NCBI GenBank assembly: GCA_964343575.1
Contig: CAYFJV010000001.1
Location: 472,705 to 536,704 of the forward strand
Length of the DNA stretch: 64,000 bases
Direction: 5' to 3'
DNA from: an uncultured Methanosarcinales archaeon
GTDB taxonomy: Archaea > Nanobdellota > Nanobdellia > Woesearchaeales > GW2011-AR9
The translations under genes were made by a program, and so were the position numbers. The notes under the pieces are model-generated. The model saw nothing but the letters and a program-made list of their open reading frames with translations. It ran no database searches and had not been told where the DNA came from. This document shows positions 18,590 through 29,000 of the stretch, one piece after another. Numbering within the stretch: position 1 is the stretch's first letter; the number at the start of each line of letters is the position of its first letter.

Positions 18590-20157
18590 AAGCCAACACC
18601 TGGAAAACTTAATTCTTCTTTTCTTTGCGTTGGTGAGTTGTTTGTTTCTAGTTCTTTTGCTTTTTGTTCTTTGACAAAATTAGGAAAATAAGGAATTTTA
18701 ATTGGTACGGCAAACCTGGTGAAGATACTTGTGATCAGTGCTTCCCCCTTATCCAAACTGGCAATGTTTCTGTTATCCTTGCTGAGGTCCTGAGCCGAGG
18801 AATCAATCACTGCCTGACGTTCAGTACCCATCTCAATTCCTAGGATTATTTTTGTGTTCATGTTGGCAAGAATGTTTTTTGGAATTTCACTTGGCAGTTG
18901 TGTTATGGCCACCAAACCAATCTTAAACTTTCTTCCTTCCCGAGCAATACTCTCAAAAATGTTTGAGCCACGCTCAAGTACCTTTTTACCAAGCACCCTG
19001 GGAGCTTCTTCAAGCACAATGCTGATCACAGGTTTTTCTTGAAGCATTCCGTTCTTGAGATAATATTTATGCAGGTTGAAAGCCTCAGTGGCAATCATTG
19101 CTCCAACCATGATTTCTAATGCTCCAGAGAAGTAACTTGTATCAATAATTACAGTTTTTCCTTGTTGCAACTCGTTACAAATCTCCTTGATAGTATTCTC
19201 TCCTGCGTGTTGATCAAAGATTCCTTGAGTTGTTAAGATACCGTTATGAAGTTCAAGGTTAAGAAGAGCAAGAAGTTTTCTTTTCACTACCGCAATAGTA
19301 TCTTCATGAAAACGTGCACCTTCAATCTTACTTTCTTCTAGGATTGCTTGGATCCACTCTGTTTTGTAGACCTTATGGTAAAGGTGCATACTCTGCCTTT
19401 GAGGATCGCTTAGTATCATTGCTCCGGAAAAATGTTCTGGCCTAAGCGTTTTAAGATTAAACTTTAAGGTCTTTGCTCCAGGAGGAGGACTTCTTGGTGT
19501 GTAATAAACAAGCTTTTGGTTTGCTTGACTGTGATCTTTAAGTCCAAGTCCGTTTCTTCCATAATATTCGTCATGTGGATCAAGCACCAACATGCCCACA
19601 AAGTCTTTTGAAAGGCAATCCCACAAGATAGTGCTCATCAAATTTGATTTTCCCTTCCCCGTACTTGCAGGGATGAGCACATGATGAGAAAAGACATCTT
19701 TTCCAGGCAAGGAGATTGGAAAATGAAGTTCTTTTGTTCCAGAACGTAAGTTGCCAAGATGAAAAGGATGTTTTGGAGCAGTGATGAAATTGAGATCTTC
19801 TCTTTGCAGTGCCCTTACTTGTGCAAAGAAAGGAGGAAGTTGTTTACAACTTTTCGCACGGTTATTCTCTTTTTGAATGGAAAGCATTGGTTTGAGAAAG
19901 GCAAGTTGATAATTTCGCAAGCTGGCATCAAGCAGTTCAAAGTTGCTTTGTTCTTCAAGTTGCATGCCAGCAACGAGTTCTAGGTTTTGTTGACTGATTT
20001 GTGAAGCGTAGGCAAGATCATAGCATTGTAAGATGAATTTTTCTTTCTTGCTGTTTTTCTCAATGACAAGTAATTCTCCTAACTCAATGTTTTGCCCTTG
20101 TTTTACACGCATACTTACTTTTGAGAAGTCTCCAGCTATCACCTGCCCCTTTATCAT
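18586..20157 (-). CDS. herA: HerA-family (DUF87) DNA translocase/ATPase
   Basis: N-terminal HAS-barrel-like region, STGKGKS, LDPHDEY, LEEAPR, AREGRKF, ITQLPS. Confidence 0.88.
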   Translation of the reverse strand: MIKGQVIAGDFSKVSMRVKQGQNIELGELLVIEKNSKKEKFILQCYDLAYASQISQQNLELVAGMQLEEQSNFELLDASLRNYQLAFLKPMLSIQKENNRAKSCKQLPPFFAQVRALQREDLNFITAPKHPFHLGNLRSGTKELHFPISLPGKDVFSHHVLIPASTGKGKSNLMSTILWDCLSKDFVGMLVLDPHDEYYGRNGLGLKDHSQANQKLVYYTPRSPPPGAKTLKFNLKTLRPEHFSGAMILSDPQRQSMHLYHKVYKTEWIQAILEESKIEGARFHEDTIAVVKRKLLALLNLELHNGILTTQGIFDQHAGENTIKEICNELQQGKTVIIDTSYFSGALEIMVGAMIATEAFNLHKYYLKNGMLQEKPVISIVLEEAPRVLGKKVLERGSNIFESIAREGRKFKIGLVAITQLPSEIPKNILANMNTKIILGIEMGTERQAVIDSSAQDLSKDNRNIASLDKGEALITSIFTRFAVPIKIPYFPNFVKEQKAKELETNNSPTQRKEELSFPGVGF

Positions 20158-20304
20158 GCCAGGAATGTGTTTTTGAGTGTTTTTAATGATTATGGGCTTT
20201 AAAAGGAGAGTTTTTCGGTGGTCTTGGAGGCTTGAAATTTAGAGGAGAATGGGCCCTCTTGGCAAGGGAAATCTTTATAAATGGGTTGCAGCTTTTGGCT
20301 TGTT

Positions 20305-20559
20305 ATGGAAGCAATTGTGATGCACTTTCGTCAAGGACGACGCCATGTAAATCCTCACCAAATGATTCTCAAGATTGGTGAGAGTGCTGAGGAAGCTCAG
20401 AAGGTTATTGGAAAAACTGTTACCTGGACAAGTCCTGCAGGGAAGAAAATTTCTGGGAAAGTTTCTGCTTTACACGGGCGAAAGGGGAATGTGCGAGCAA
20501 TCTTTGCTGAGAAAGGACTTCCTGGCCAAGCTTTAGGGCAGAAAGTTGTAGTTGAATAG
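20305..20559 (+). CDS. rpl35ae: ribosomal protein eL33 (L35Ae)
   Basis: HGRKGNVRAIF and GLPGQALG. Confidence 0.92.
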   Translation: MEAIVMHFRQGRRHVNPHQMILKIGESAEEAQKVIGKTVTWTSPAGKKISGKVSALHGRKGNVRAIFAEKGLPGQALGQKVVVE

Positions 20560-20632
20560 TTGTTCTTCTCTTGCTTTTCTTATCTCTTTTATTGAATAAA
20601 AGTTAATAAAGGGTCCATTCTTCTTTTTTACT

Positions 20633-21700
20633 ATGTCTTTATTCAGTGAGATGCTCCATAGTGGTGAAACTCTTTTTCGTGACACTATTGTTCTAGACTA
20701 TGATTTCCAACCAAAAATCATGCGCTACCGTGAGAGCGAGCAAATGCGTTTTGCAACTTCTATTCGTCCACTCTTACAAGGGCACACTGGAAGGAACTTG
20801 TTTGTCTATGGTGCTCCAGGGATTGGAAAGACCACAGCTTGTAAGCATGTACTTCGGGAGCTTGAAGAGGAGACAGATGAGATCATTCCTATCTATGTGA
20901 ACTGTTGGAAAGAGAACACTACTTTCAAGATCTTTACCAAAATCTGTGAAGAACTCGGCTTTAAATTTATTCAGAATAAGAAGACAAGTGAACTCTTCGA
21001 GCTTATTAAGAAAAAGGTAAACAAGGGTGCTGCTGTTTTTGTCTTTGATGAGATTGATAAACTTGAAGACATGGATTTTTTGTACACCATCCTTGAAGAC
21101 ATTTACCGCAAGAGCGTGATTGTTATTACCAACTATCGAGATACTTATTCTCAAGTTGATGAGCGCATCCGTAGCAGATTTAACCCAGAGTTCTTGAACT
21201 TTCGTGCCTACAATCAAGCGGAGATTGGAGGAATTTTACGTGAGCGACGCGAGTATTCTTTCGTACAAGGAGTATGGGATGAAGAAGCTTTTGCTGAGAT
21301 AGTGGAGAAATGCGCTGAATGTAAGGATGTGCGTATTGGTTTGTATTTAATGCGCGAAGCAGGAAATATTGCAGAAGAAAAAAGTAGTCGCAAAGTTGGT
21401 GTACAACATGTTGCTGAAGCAATCAAGAAAGTAGATGACTTTCACATTAAAGCAAAAGAAGAGTTGGCTCCCGACTTGTTAGATATACTTGATTTGATTA
21501 AGAAACATAATGGTAAGCGTATTGGTGCCGTTTACAAACTCTACATGGAGAAAGGTGGTGAGATGAGTTACAAGAGTTTTCAGCGTCGTGTTGGAAAATT
21601 AAGTGATGGTCGTTTTATTAACGCAGAGAAGGTTACTGGCAAGGAAGGGAATACCACACTTTTGCATTATTCTGCTGAGAAGAAGTTGACTGACTTTTGA
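20633..21700 (+). CDS. cdc6: Cdc6/Orc1 replication initiator
   Basis: LDYDFQP, GAPGIGKT, YVNC, FDEID, RIRSRF, C-terminal wHTH. Confidence 0.92.
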   Translation: MSLFSEMLHSGETLFRDTIVLDYDFQPKIMRYRESEQMRFATSIRPLLQGHTGRNLFVYGAPGIGKTTACKHVLRELEEETDEIIPIYVNCWKENTTFKIFTKICEELGFKFIQNKKTSELFELIKKKVNKGAAVFVFDEIDKLEDMDFLYTILEDIYRKSVIVITNYRDTYSQVDERIRSRFNPEFLNFRAYNQAEIGGILRERREYSFVQGVWDEEAFAEIVEKCAECKDVRIGLYLMREAGNIAEEKSSRKVGVQHVAEAIKKVDDFHIKAKEELAPDLLDILDLIKKHNGKRIGAVYKLYMEKGGEMSYKSFQRRVGKLSDGRFINAEKVTGKEGNTTLLHYSAEKKLTDF

Positions 21701-21718
21701 TCTTTGATTTCTGCTTTT

Positions 21719-23104
21719 TTACTTCACAATACCATAACCAATAAGACGAAACCGATCACCAACACGCCTGCTTAGCGTAATGCGGTCTCCTGTCTTTGCT
21801 GCCACTGGTTTTTTGAGAATACAAAGTGTTTTCTTCTTACTTGGATCAGAAACAACTCCAACAGTCACTGCAGAATTAACATTCATCATAAGGATCTCAT
21901 TTCGAGCGAGAGGTTTTACTTCTACTTCCTCTTTAGAACCAACAACACGGTCAAGAAGGTGCGTTTCAATAATCACTTCATACTTGAGAGCAGGTAGCGT
22001 TCCAGGCTTTCCAACCAATGCGCCAGTTAAGGAATCTGATTTTACCACACTTGGATCAAGAGTTGTTGCAAAAGCCATACTTCCCCCCGGACCAATGTTT
22101 TCTACAGGAGCTCCCCCAGTAAAAATTTGAGTGATCTTGGTTTTAAGTGGTTTCCAGATGCGCTTATTACGTTCTTCTACCATGTAGCCAGGATTGATTT
22201 CGATTTCGTCTCCAATTTTGAAACTTCCTTGTTTCACAGTTCCACCCAAAACTCCCCCTGTGAGTTGATCAATTTTTTTTCCTGGTTTATTAACATCAAA
22301 AGATCTTGCAACAAGCATTAACTGCTCAGCTTTCTCATCTCGTTTTGGAGTTGGAATATGTTCTTGGATTGCGCGAACAAGCACATCAATGTTTACATTT
22401 GCTCGTGCAGAAATCGGGATGATGGGCGCATTTTCATATTTTGTTCCTTTAAGAAATTCTTTGATCTGTCCGTAGTTTTTCATCGCTTTCTCTGGCGTGA
22501 CAAGATCAATTTTGTTTTGCACCACTATTACTTTTTCTATTTGAGATATTTCAAGTGCCATAAGGTGCTCTCTGGTTTGCGCTTGAGGACACTTTTCGTT
22601 TGCTGCTACCATTAAGATAGCTCCATCAACAATTGCCGCTCCAGAAAGCATGGTTGCCATTAAAGATTCGTGACCAGGAGAATCTACAAGAGAAATCTTT
22701 CTCTGAAACTTTGCTTCTTTGTTTGATTTGATACTGATTGATTTTGTAGTGTAAAAATCATTTTCTTCATCGTAGTAAATAGAAAGATCAGCGTAACCAA
22801 GACGAATGGTAATTCCTTTTTTGAGCTCTTCAGAATGCGTATCAGTCCATTTTCCAGAAAGTCGCTCGGTGAGAGTGGTTTTTCCATGATCTACATGACC
22901 TACAAGCGCAAGATTAAGCTCTGGTTGAACTGCGGTTTTTGTTTTACTCTTTGCTTCTGCCTTTTTTGCAGATTTGCTAGTTTTAGAAGTTTTTGTTTTA
23001 CTTGACTTGTTTGTCTTTGCCTTAGCAGTTTTTGCTTTAGAGGCTTTTTTAGTACTTTTAGCCTTGCTTTTACTCTCTTCACTGCTGGTTTTCTTTGCTG
23101 ACAT
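21719..23104 (-). CDS. eif2g: translation initiation factor aIF2 gamma with a Lys/Ser-rich N-terminal extension
   Basis: GHVDHGKTT, GITIRLGY, DSPGHE, NKID, RFRLIGYG. Confidence 0.97.
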   Translation of the reverse strand: MSAKKTSSEESKSKAKSTKKASKAKTAKAKTNKSSKTKTSKTSKSAKKAEAKSKTKTAVQPELNLALVGHVDHGKTTLTERLSGKWTDTHSEELKKGITIRLGYADLSIYYDEENDFYTTKSISIKSNKEAKFQRKISLVDSPGHESLMATMLSGAAIVDGAILMVAANEKCPQAQTREHLMALEISQIEKVIVVQNKIDLVTPEKAMKNYGQIKEFLKGTKYENAPIIPISARANVNIDVLVRAIQEHIPTPKRDEKAEQLMLVARSFDVNKPGKKIDQLTGGVLGGTVKQGSFKIGDEIEINPGYMVEERNKRIWKPLKTKITQIFTGGAPVENIGPGGSMAFATTLDPSVVKSDSLTGALVGKPGTLPALKYEVIIETHLLDRVVGSKEEVEVKPLARNEILMMNVNSAVTVGVVSDPSKKKTLCILKKPVAAKTGDRITLSRRVGDRFRLIGYGIVK

Positions 23105-23213
23105 TTACAGAGGAATAAAGGTGGCCCATTTATAAAGCTTCGCAAAAAGAAAATCTCTTTTTAAAGAAGATAAAGAAGAATATTTTTAATGAAAACTCTT
23201 TCTTCAGAAGAGA

Positions 23214-24224
23214 ATGAAGAAGGAGAAGAAGAAGTCAGGGAAGAAGGAATATCCAATCAAGCTAGAATCAAAACTGATCCTGGCTCCCATGGCTGGCGTT
23301 ACCAACGTTGCCTTTCGTCAACTTTGTCGTAAAATGGGCGCAGCCATTTGTTACACTGAATTTTTATCAGCCGATGCCTTGCTTAAGTATAAAGAGCAAC
23401 TTGCTGGGGAGAACCCAATCTTTGATGTGGTTGAGGAGGAACGTCCTGTTGTGACACAAATTTTTGGAGAAGATCCACAGCGTATCTTTGAAGCTGCGCA
23501 GGAGTTAGTTGGGAAGACGGATGTGATTGACCTTAACATTGGCTGCCCTGCACCAAAAATAATGGCTTGCGGCGGAGGAAGCGCATTGCTTCGTAACCCA
23601 GAACAGATCCGTCTTATTTTGCGTAAGTTAAACACGCTTTCCACTCCGATTAGTTGTAAAATTCGTTTGGGTATTGATGAGAAACATATTGTTGCGCTTG
23701 AAGTTGCACGTATTGCAGAAGAAGAGGGTTGTGTTGCCATTGCTGTGCACGGTCGTACTCAAAAGCAAGGCTATTCTGGAAAGGCTGATTGGGAGTGGAT
23801 TCGCAGAGTTAAGGAGTCAGTAAGTATTCCAGTCATTGGTAATGGAGATGTTTGTTCGGCGCAAGATGCAAAACGCATGCTTGAGGAAACTGGTTGTGAC
23901 TATGTCATGGTTGGTCGCGCAGCGATGAAAGATCCTTTCTTTTTCCGTAAGGCAGATCATTTTTTGAAAACAGGAGAGCTGCTTGACGATTTAGCGTTTA
24001 GTGAGAAGATGGAACTTCTTAGTGAGTATATTACTTTGTTAAAGAAGTATAAGATGTACTCAGTGCATCTTGCTAAAAACGCAGTCATGCAATTTACGAA
24101 AGGCTATACAGGGGGAAAAGAAATTCGTAATCGTGCTTCTCGATGTAAAAGTGTTGGGGAAATGGAAGGACTTATCACTGAACTTTGTACTCTAAAAGAA
24201 GGACAAGAGAATCAAGAATTGTAG
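23214..24224 (+). CDS. dus: tRNA-dihydrouridine synthase
   Basis: LAPMAGVT, DLNIGCP, VHGRT, IGNGD, VMVGR. Confidence 0.95.
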   Translation: MKKEKKKSGKKEYPIKLESKLILAPMAGVTNVAFRQLCRKMGAAICYTEFLSADALLKYKEQLAGENPIFDVVEEERPVVTQIFGEDPQRIFEAAQELVGKTDVIDLNIGCPAPKIMACGGGSALLRNPEQIRLILRKLNTLSTPISCKIRLGIDEKHIVALEVARIAEEEGCVAIAVHGRTQKQGYSGKADWEWIRRVKESVSIPVIGNGDVCSAQDAKRMLEETGCDYVMVGRAAMKDPFFFRKADHFLKTGELLDDLAFSEKMELLSEYITLLKKYKMYSVHLAKNAVMQFTKGYTGGKEIRNRASRCKSVGEMEGLITELCTLKEGQENQEL

Positions 24225-24248
24225 AATAGAACAAGGAAATTAAAAAAA

Positions 24249-24491
24249 TTAAATTTGAGCGTCCCTGCTTAGGAGATAAGCAACTCCTCTGCTTACTTGT
24301 GTCCCCCTATAACCAACGTAAGCTCCGATCACCCCTGAAGCAAGTAACTCAGCAAGGTCAACTATTTGATATAAGCCAGAACCAAAGTCTGGTCCAAGCA
24401 TTGTGTCAAGACTTGCTACCGCAACTGCTCCACCTATAAGACCCAACATATCTGGGAGATCACTGTTATCCCCATTTCTTATTTCAACCAT
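24249..24491 (-). CDS. small hydrophobic hypothetical protein
   Basis: Two Gly-rich hydrophobic segments; GAGGAG upstream. Confidence 0.55.
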   Translation of the reverse strand: MVEIRNGDNSDLPDMLGLIGGAVAVASLDTMLGPDFGSGLYQIVDLAELLASGVIGAYVGYRGTQVSRGVAYLLSRDAQI

Positions 24492-24502
24492 ATTTTTTCT
24501 CC

Positions 24503-24814
24503 TCACTTCTTCTTAAGTGTAATCTCAATAAAACTGACTCGCAGTTGTTTTCCCTGGTCATTAGTAAACTCATCACTACCGACTTCAATACCTTTGAGCT
24601 CAATGGCATTTTCTAAGAAACGCTTACTCACCACTTCACTAACATCCACAGCTTTACTGATAAATTTCCCACGAGCCTTGATTACTACTTCTTGAGAACC
24701 TTTACTGGTAAACTGCATCACCACCCCGGTGACATAGTTCATAAAACCTTTGTTCCCAATAAAGATAGAATTCTCATCTTTTCTCTGCTCTCTTCGCTCT
24801 TCTTCACCACTCAT
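24503..24814 (-). CDS. albA: DNA/RNA-binding protein Alba
   Basis: IFIGNKGFMNYV, IKARGKFISKAVDV, VSFIEITL. Confidence 0.95.
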   Translation of the reverse strand: MSGEEERREQRKDENSIFIGNKGFMNYVTGVVMQFTSKGSQEVVIKARGKFISKAVDVSEVVSKRFLENAIELKGIEVGSDEFTNDQGKQLRVSFIEITLKKK

Positions 24815-24961
24815 ACGCAACCCCCCTCTACGCTTGTGCTCTAGCTTGCACTCTTGATAATGATGATATTAAAAATTTGTAAAAACCACAGTGCAACAAA
24901 GATTGATTTAAATCTACTAGAAGGGTGGAAAACAAAAGAACAATAAAAAGTTTTAGGAAGG

Positions 24962-25150
24962 CTAGTCTTCCTTTCTCTTGAGACGAGTCATATAGCCAGC
25001 AACGATATTTCTTAGCTTCTTTCCTTGAAAAGCTGCCCGCTTTGTAACGATCTCTTTATTTTGAGCAAAATCAGTGGTGAACTCATTCCCAAACTTTTTG
25101 TACAATTCTTGTGTTTTTCTCTTGATAAAAGTTGTTTTAATTCTTCCCAT
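24962..25150 (-). CDS. rps17e: ribosomal protein eS17
   Basis: MGRIKT, FTTDFAQNK, KKLRNIVAGY. Confidence 0.95.
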   Translation of the reverse strand: MGRIKTTFIKRKTQELYKKFGNEFTTDFAQNKEIVTKRAAFQGKKLRNIVAGYMTRLKRKED

Positions 25151-25291
25151 GTTCTCTTCCCTATTTGCTCTGGCCCATTTATAAACTTTTCCTAGTCTCC
25201 CAGACAAATCTAAGCCCTTATTCAGCCCCCTTGCTCTATTCTTTAAAGCAGAAAAATAAAATTAAAAGAAAAATAGAAAAAATGGCCAAGA

Positions 25292-26080
25292 TTAAGCCTT
25301 ATTTCTTCTTCGCACAACAATCAAAGATCCAAGGAGTCCTACAATAACAAGCCCTATGAGTCCTGCATAAAGCCAGTTAGACTTAAGAAACTCAACGCTG
25401 CTTCCAATGAGAGCTCCAGTCAAGAGGTTTCCAGATCCTTGAGTTCCATCTCCAGTGATCGCACCAGTGATGGAATTTCCAAAGAGTGCTTCCCCATCTC
25501 CTTCTTCGTTAAAAACATCAACAATTACTGGAGGAAGGTTTTCGTCACCCTCAGCAGTTGAACCTGAAAAAGTCCCTGTTGCACCCGTTGCGCTTGCATC
25601 GTCAGCATCTTCATCTGAGCTATCGTCTACAGTGAAGCCGCCGCCACCACCGCCGCCACCGCCGCCGTCTCCTCCGGCAGCAGCGTCAGCAGTATCTGTA
25701 GTATCAGTAGTATCGGTAGTCGTTTCAGGACAATCCGTATCAATATCAAAGACAGTCGTGGAGTAAGCATCAAAAGTAAAACTGGTTTGTTCAACGCCAC
25801 AAACTTCCACAGTAACCGTATCGCCATCACTTCCCCCAATGGTAATATAATACTCACCAGACCCATCTCCAGCAATAGCTTTGGAAACCGTTCCCCCAAC
25901 TAGCACTTCCAAAGTTGCGCTTGCATCTGCGGCTGCACCGTCAATGAGAAAAGCACCGCGAACAGCAGCAGGTGTGTCGCTGGGAAAAAGGTCCGCTTGT
26001 ACAAGCCCCAAGGAAAGGATAAGCAGTAAGAAAAAAGAAAAAAGTGAGGCTATTTTCTTTGTAGATATCATTTTTATCAT
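25292..26080 (-). CDS. secreted, C-terminally anchored surface protein
   Basis: Signal peptide, small beta-rich domain, Thr/Asp/poly-Gly linker, C-terminal TM followed by RRRNK. Confidence 0.8.
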   Translation of the reverse strand: MIKMISTKKIASLFSFFLLLILSLGLVQADLFPSDTPAAVRGAFLIDGAAADASATLEVLVGGTVSKAIAGDGSGEYYITIGGSDGDTVTVEVCGVEQTSFTFDAYSTTVFDIDTDCPETTTDTTDTTDTADAAAGGDGGGGGGGGGGFTVDDSSDEDADDASATGATGTFSGSTAEGDENLPPVIVDVFNEEGDGEALFGNSITGAITGDGTQGSGNLLTGALIGSSVEFLKSNWLYAGLIGLVIVGLLGSLIVVRRRNKA

Positions 26081-26097
26081 ATCTCCCTAATGCCTCC

Positions 26098-29000
26098 TTA
26101 ATGCATGATTGCCTTTCCTGCCGCACTGTCAAAGAGTTCTAACTCGTAGTATGCTGGAACATCCGTCCAGTTAAACTCGGTGAAATCTCCTGTTGCGTTG
26201 GTCACATTATAGGAAGCCCAGTCAGTTCCGTTGTAAGCCCAAACCATGTCAACATCATCAGTTGTAAGACGCTGCGCATCAGGACCGTCAGTTGCAGTAA
26301 GTACAGTTGCAACATCGTAGTCAGCTAGGCCAGCTTCTTCTAACTGGTTCAAGGAAAGGAAAAAGTTCGGGAACTTTGAGGTGAATCCATCTCCACTTCC
26401 AGGAACCATGATGTTGTAAAAGCCAATCAGTTCTACCCAAACAGTTGTCTCCACGGTGAAACCATAAGTATCCTCGGTACACTCAACATTGTAAATGTTA
26501 AGGCCAAGAGTTCCATCTGCCACGCTTAAGGTGTGGGTTGTAGTTCCTGCAACAGTAGTTGTGCTCACAGTTGCATCAAGAGCATCAGTGATAGTACAAC
26601 TTGCTCCACTGGAAGTTTCTACGCTTACATCATAAGCATCGCTAGTTTGCGTTGTGGTAGTAAGATCTGTAATGCTAAAAGCAAAGTAAGCAGTTACTTC
26701 AGCATCTAAAGCAGTGATCCTAGTATCTAATGCTGTTAGGTCTGAGCTCAGTGTTGTGAAGCTTGCGTCAAGAGCAATAATGTCTGCTTCAGCATCAGTT
26801 ACCCTTGTATCCAGGGCACTAAGGTCTGAACTTAGACCATCTACTTCCAAGTCTAGCTCAGCAAGATCTGTTTGGAGCGTAGTAATTGCTGCAGTGTTTG
26901 CATCAACTTCTCCTTCAAGGATTGCCAAGTCTGCTTCAAGAGCTGCAATATCAACAAGTGCACCTGCTACATCTGCTTCGAGCGCAGCAATCCTTGTCTC
27001 ATGATCCGCTAACTCAGTTGCGTGCTCAGCTACATCTGCCTCAAGCTCAGTTACTGCAAGTTCCAAAGCAGCGATTTCTGCTTCGTTCTCAGTAACGCGA
27101 GTGTCAAGCGCATCAATCTCTACCCCAATTGCATCAATGTCAGCTGTGTGACTATCGATTTGGTCCTGAAGATCTGCAATAAAAGCATCTACTTCATCAG
27201 CAGTGTAAAGTAAAAGCACGTAAGCTTCTAACTCTGCAAAATCAATCTCAAGCACATCAAGATCTGTTTCAACTAGATCAAGATCACTTTGCAAAGTTGC
27301 AACATCGCTTTCTACAGTATCCATTCTTGCTTCTAATGCGTCCACATCAGTTTCAAGTGTATCAATAAGAGAGTAGATATCTGCGATGTCTGCAGTATGA
27401 TCATCGATTTGCGCTTGAAGGTCTGCGATATCTAGTTCAAGATCTGCGATGTCCGCTTCAACAACATCCATCTCTGCTTCAAGTACTGCAATTGCAGCTT
27501 CGTTTGCATCCACATCTGCACTTAAGACATCAATCTGATCTTGAAGGTCAGCAATGTCTAAAGTGTGTGCGTCGATTTGCGCTTGAAGGTCTACAATGTC
27601 GGCATCGTTTGCATCGATCTGAGTTTGCAAGTGATCAATGAATGCATCAATATCTTCACTGGTGTAGACCGGATGAGTTTCATCAACGATAAAGGTTTCA
27701 GTGAAGAAAAGGGTAAGATCTGGATTCAACTCGTTACCAGATACGTCCGTCGCACTAATGTAGAAAGAATAAACTCCTTCAGGAAGATCCACTTCTGCCC
27801 AAACTGCAAGATCTTCGGTTGCTTCATCAAAAGCACCATCATCAGTATCCATTGGAATTCTGAGCACTTCATCAAAGAACTCGTCCAAAATCACTACTTC
27901 TGCGCTGGCAATCGGACTTGTATCAGTTGCAACCCCAGTAAACCATACAAAAGAGCCTGGACTAAACGCATCATAAGATGCTTCATAAGCTAAGGTTACC
28001 GGAGCAGTGTTATCAATAATTAGGCTGATTACTGTATCTTCACTGCTACCTCCTTCATCATCAGTAACAGTTACACGAAGAGTGTAAGTCCCATCATGAA
28101 GAGGAGTGGTGTCCCAAGTTGTAGTGTAAGTTCCATCAACAGGGGCGGACTCAGTAAATGAGTCAATCACATCCCAATCTACTCCGTCATCAGAGTACTC
28201 AACAAGCATATCTACATCATCAAGTACACCAGCATCAAAAGATTCCCATTCTACATCTACTTCTCCTGCGAGATAGTCGTCATCTTCAGGAGTTGTGATG
28301 AGCACAGTTGGTGCTACATTATCAAAAGTGAAATCGACCGAATGAGTATCAGAGTCACCATCATCATCTGTAATTGTAATGACTACTGTGTAGGTTCCAT
28401 CTTCTTCGTAAGTATGAACTATGTCTTCTACGGGACTGGTTGCTGGATCAACGATGTCTGTGCTTAGATCTCCCCAGTCAATAGTTACACTGTGTGTATC
28501 TGCACTTCCAACATCGCTAAATCGGATCTCTAGAAGTTCAAGATCGCCGCCCTCTACTTCATCACTTTGAGCAACAAGTGCATCAAAAGTTGGAGCCACA
28601 TTGTTTACTGTGATCACAACAGTATCTTGCCACATTAATCCAACATCATCGGTTGCTCTAAGGACTACAGAGTAAACTCCGTTATCTGTGTAGGTGTGTC
28701 CAATATCACTAATATCATCAGTAGTGAGTGTCTCTCCATCGTCAAAGTCGATGAAGTAACTATCCACTTGGTCATCAAACCAACTTCCACTTGGAAGAAG
28801 GCCATCTTCTACAAGGAAATCAAAGAGAACTTCATCTCCTTCATCAACAGTTTGATCTACACCAGCATCAACTACAGGTAAGGTGTTATCAATAAGGAAG
28901 GATGCATCAGACTCATCAGTTGCGGTATCATCTCCATCACTTACTTCAACATGCACGATTACATCATCAGTATCTGCAGGGAAGGTTGCAGCATCATAAG

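Noticed and set aside
20560..20632. Replication origin next to cdc6
   Set aside because: Intergenic gaps are short and no ORB-like repeats are visible
25637..25668. GCC/ACC triplet repeat
   Set aside because: Encodes the poly-Gly linker of the surface protein
26690..27670. Periodic repeats suggesting a CRISPR array or DGR template/variable repeats
   Set aside because: Imperfect coding heptad repeats; no identical repeats with spacers and no reverse transcriptase or cas gene
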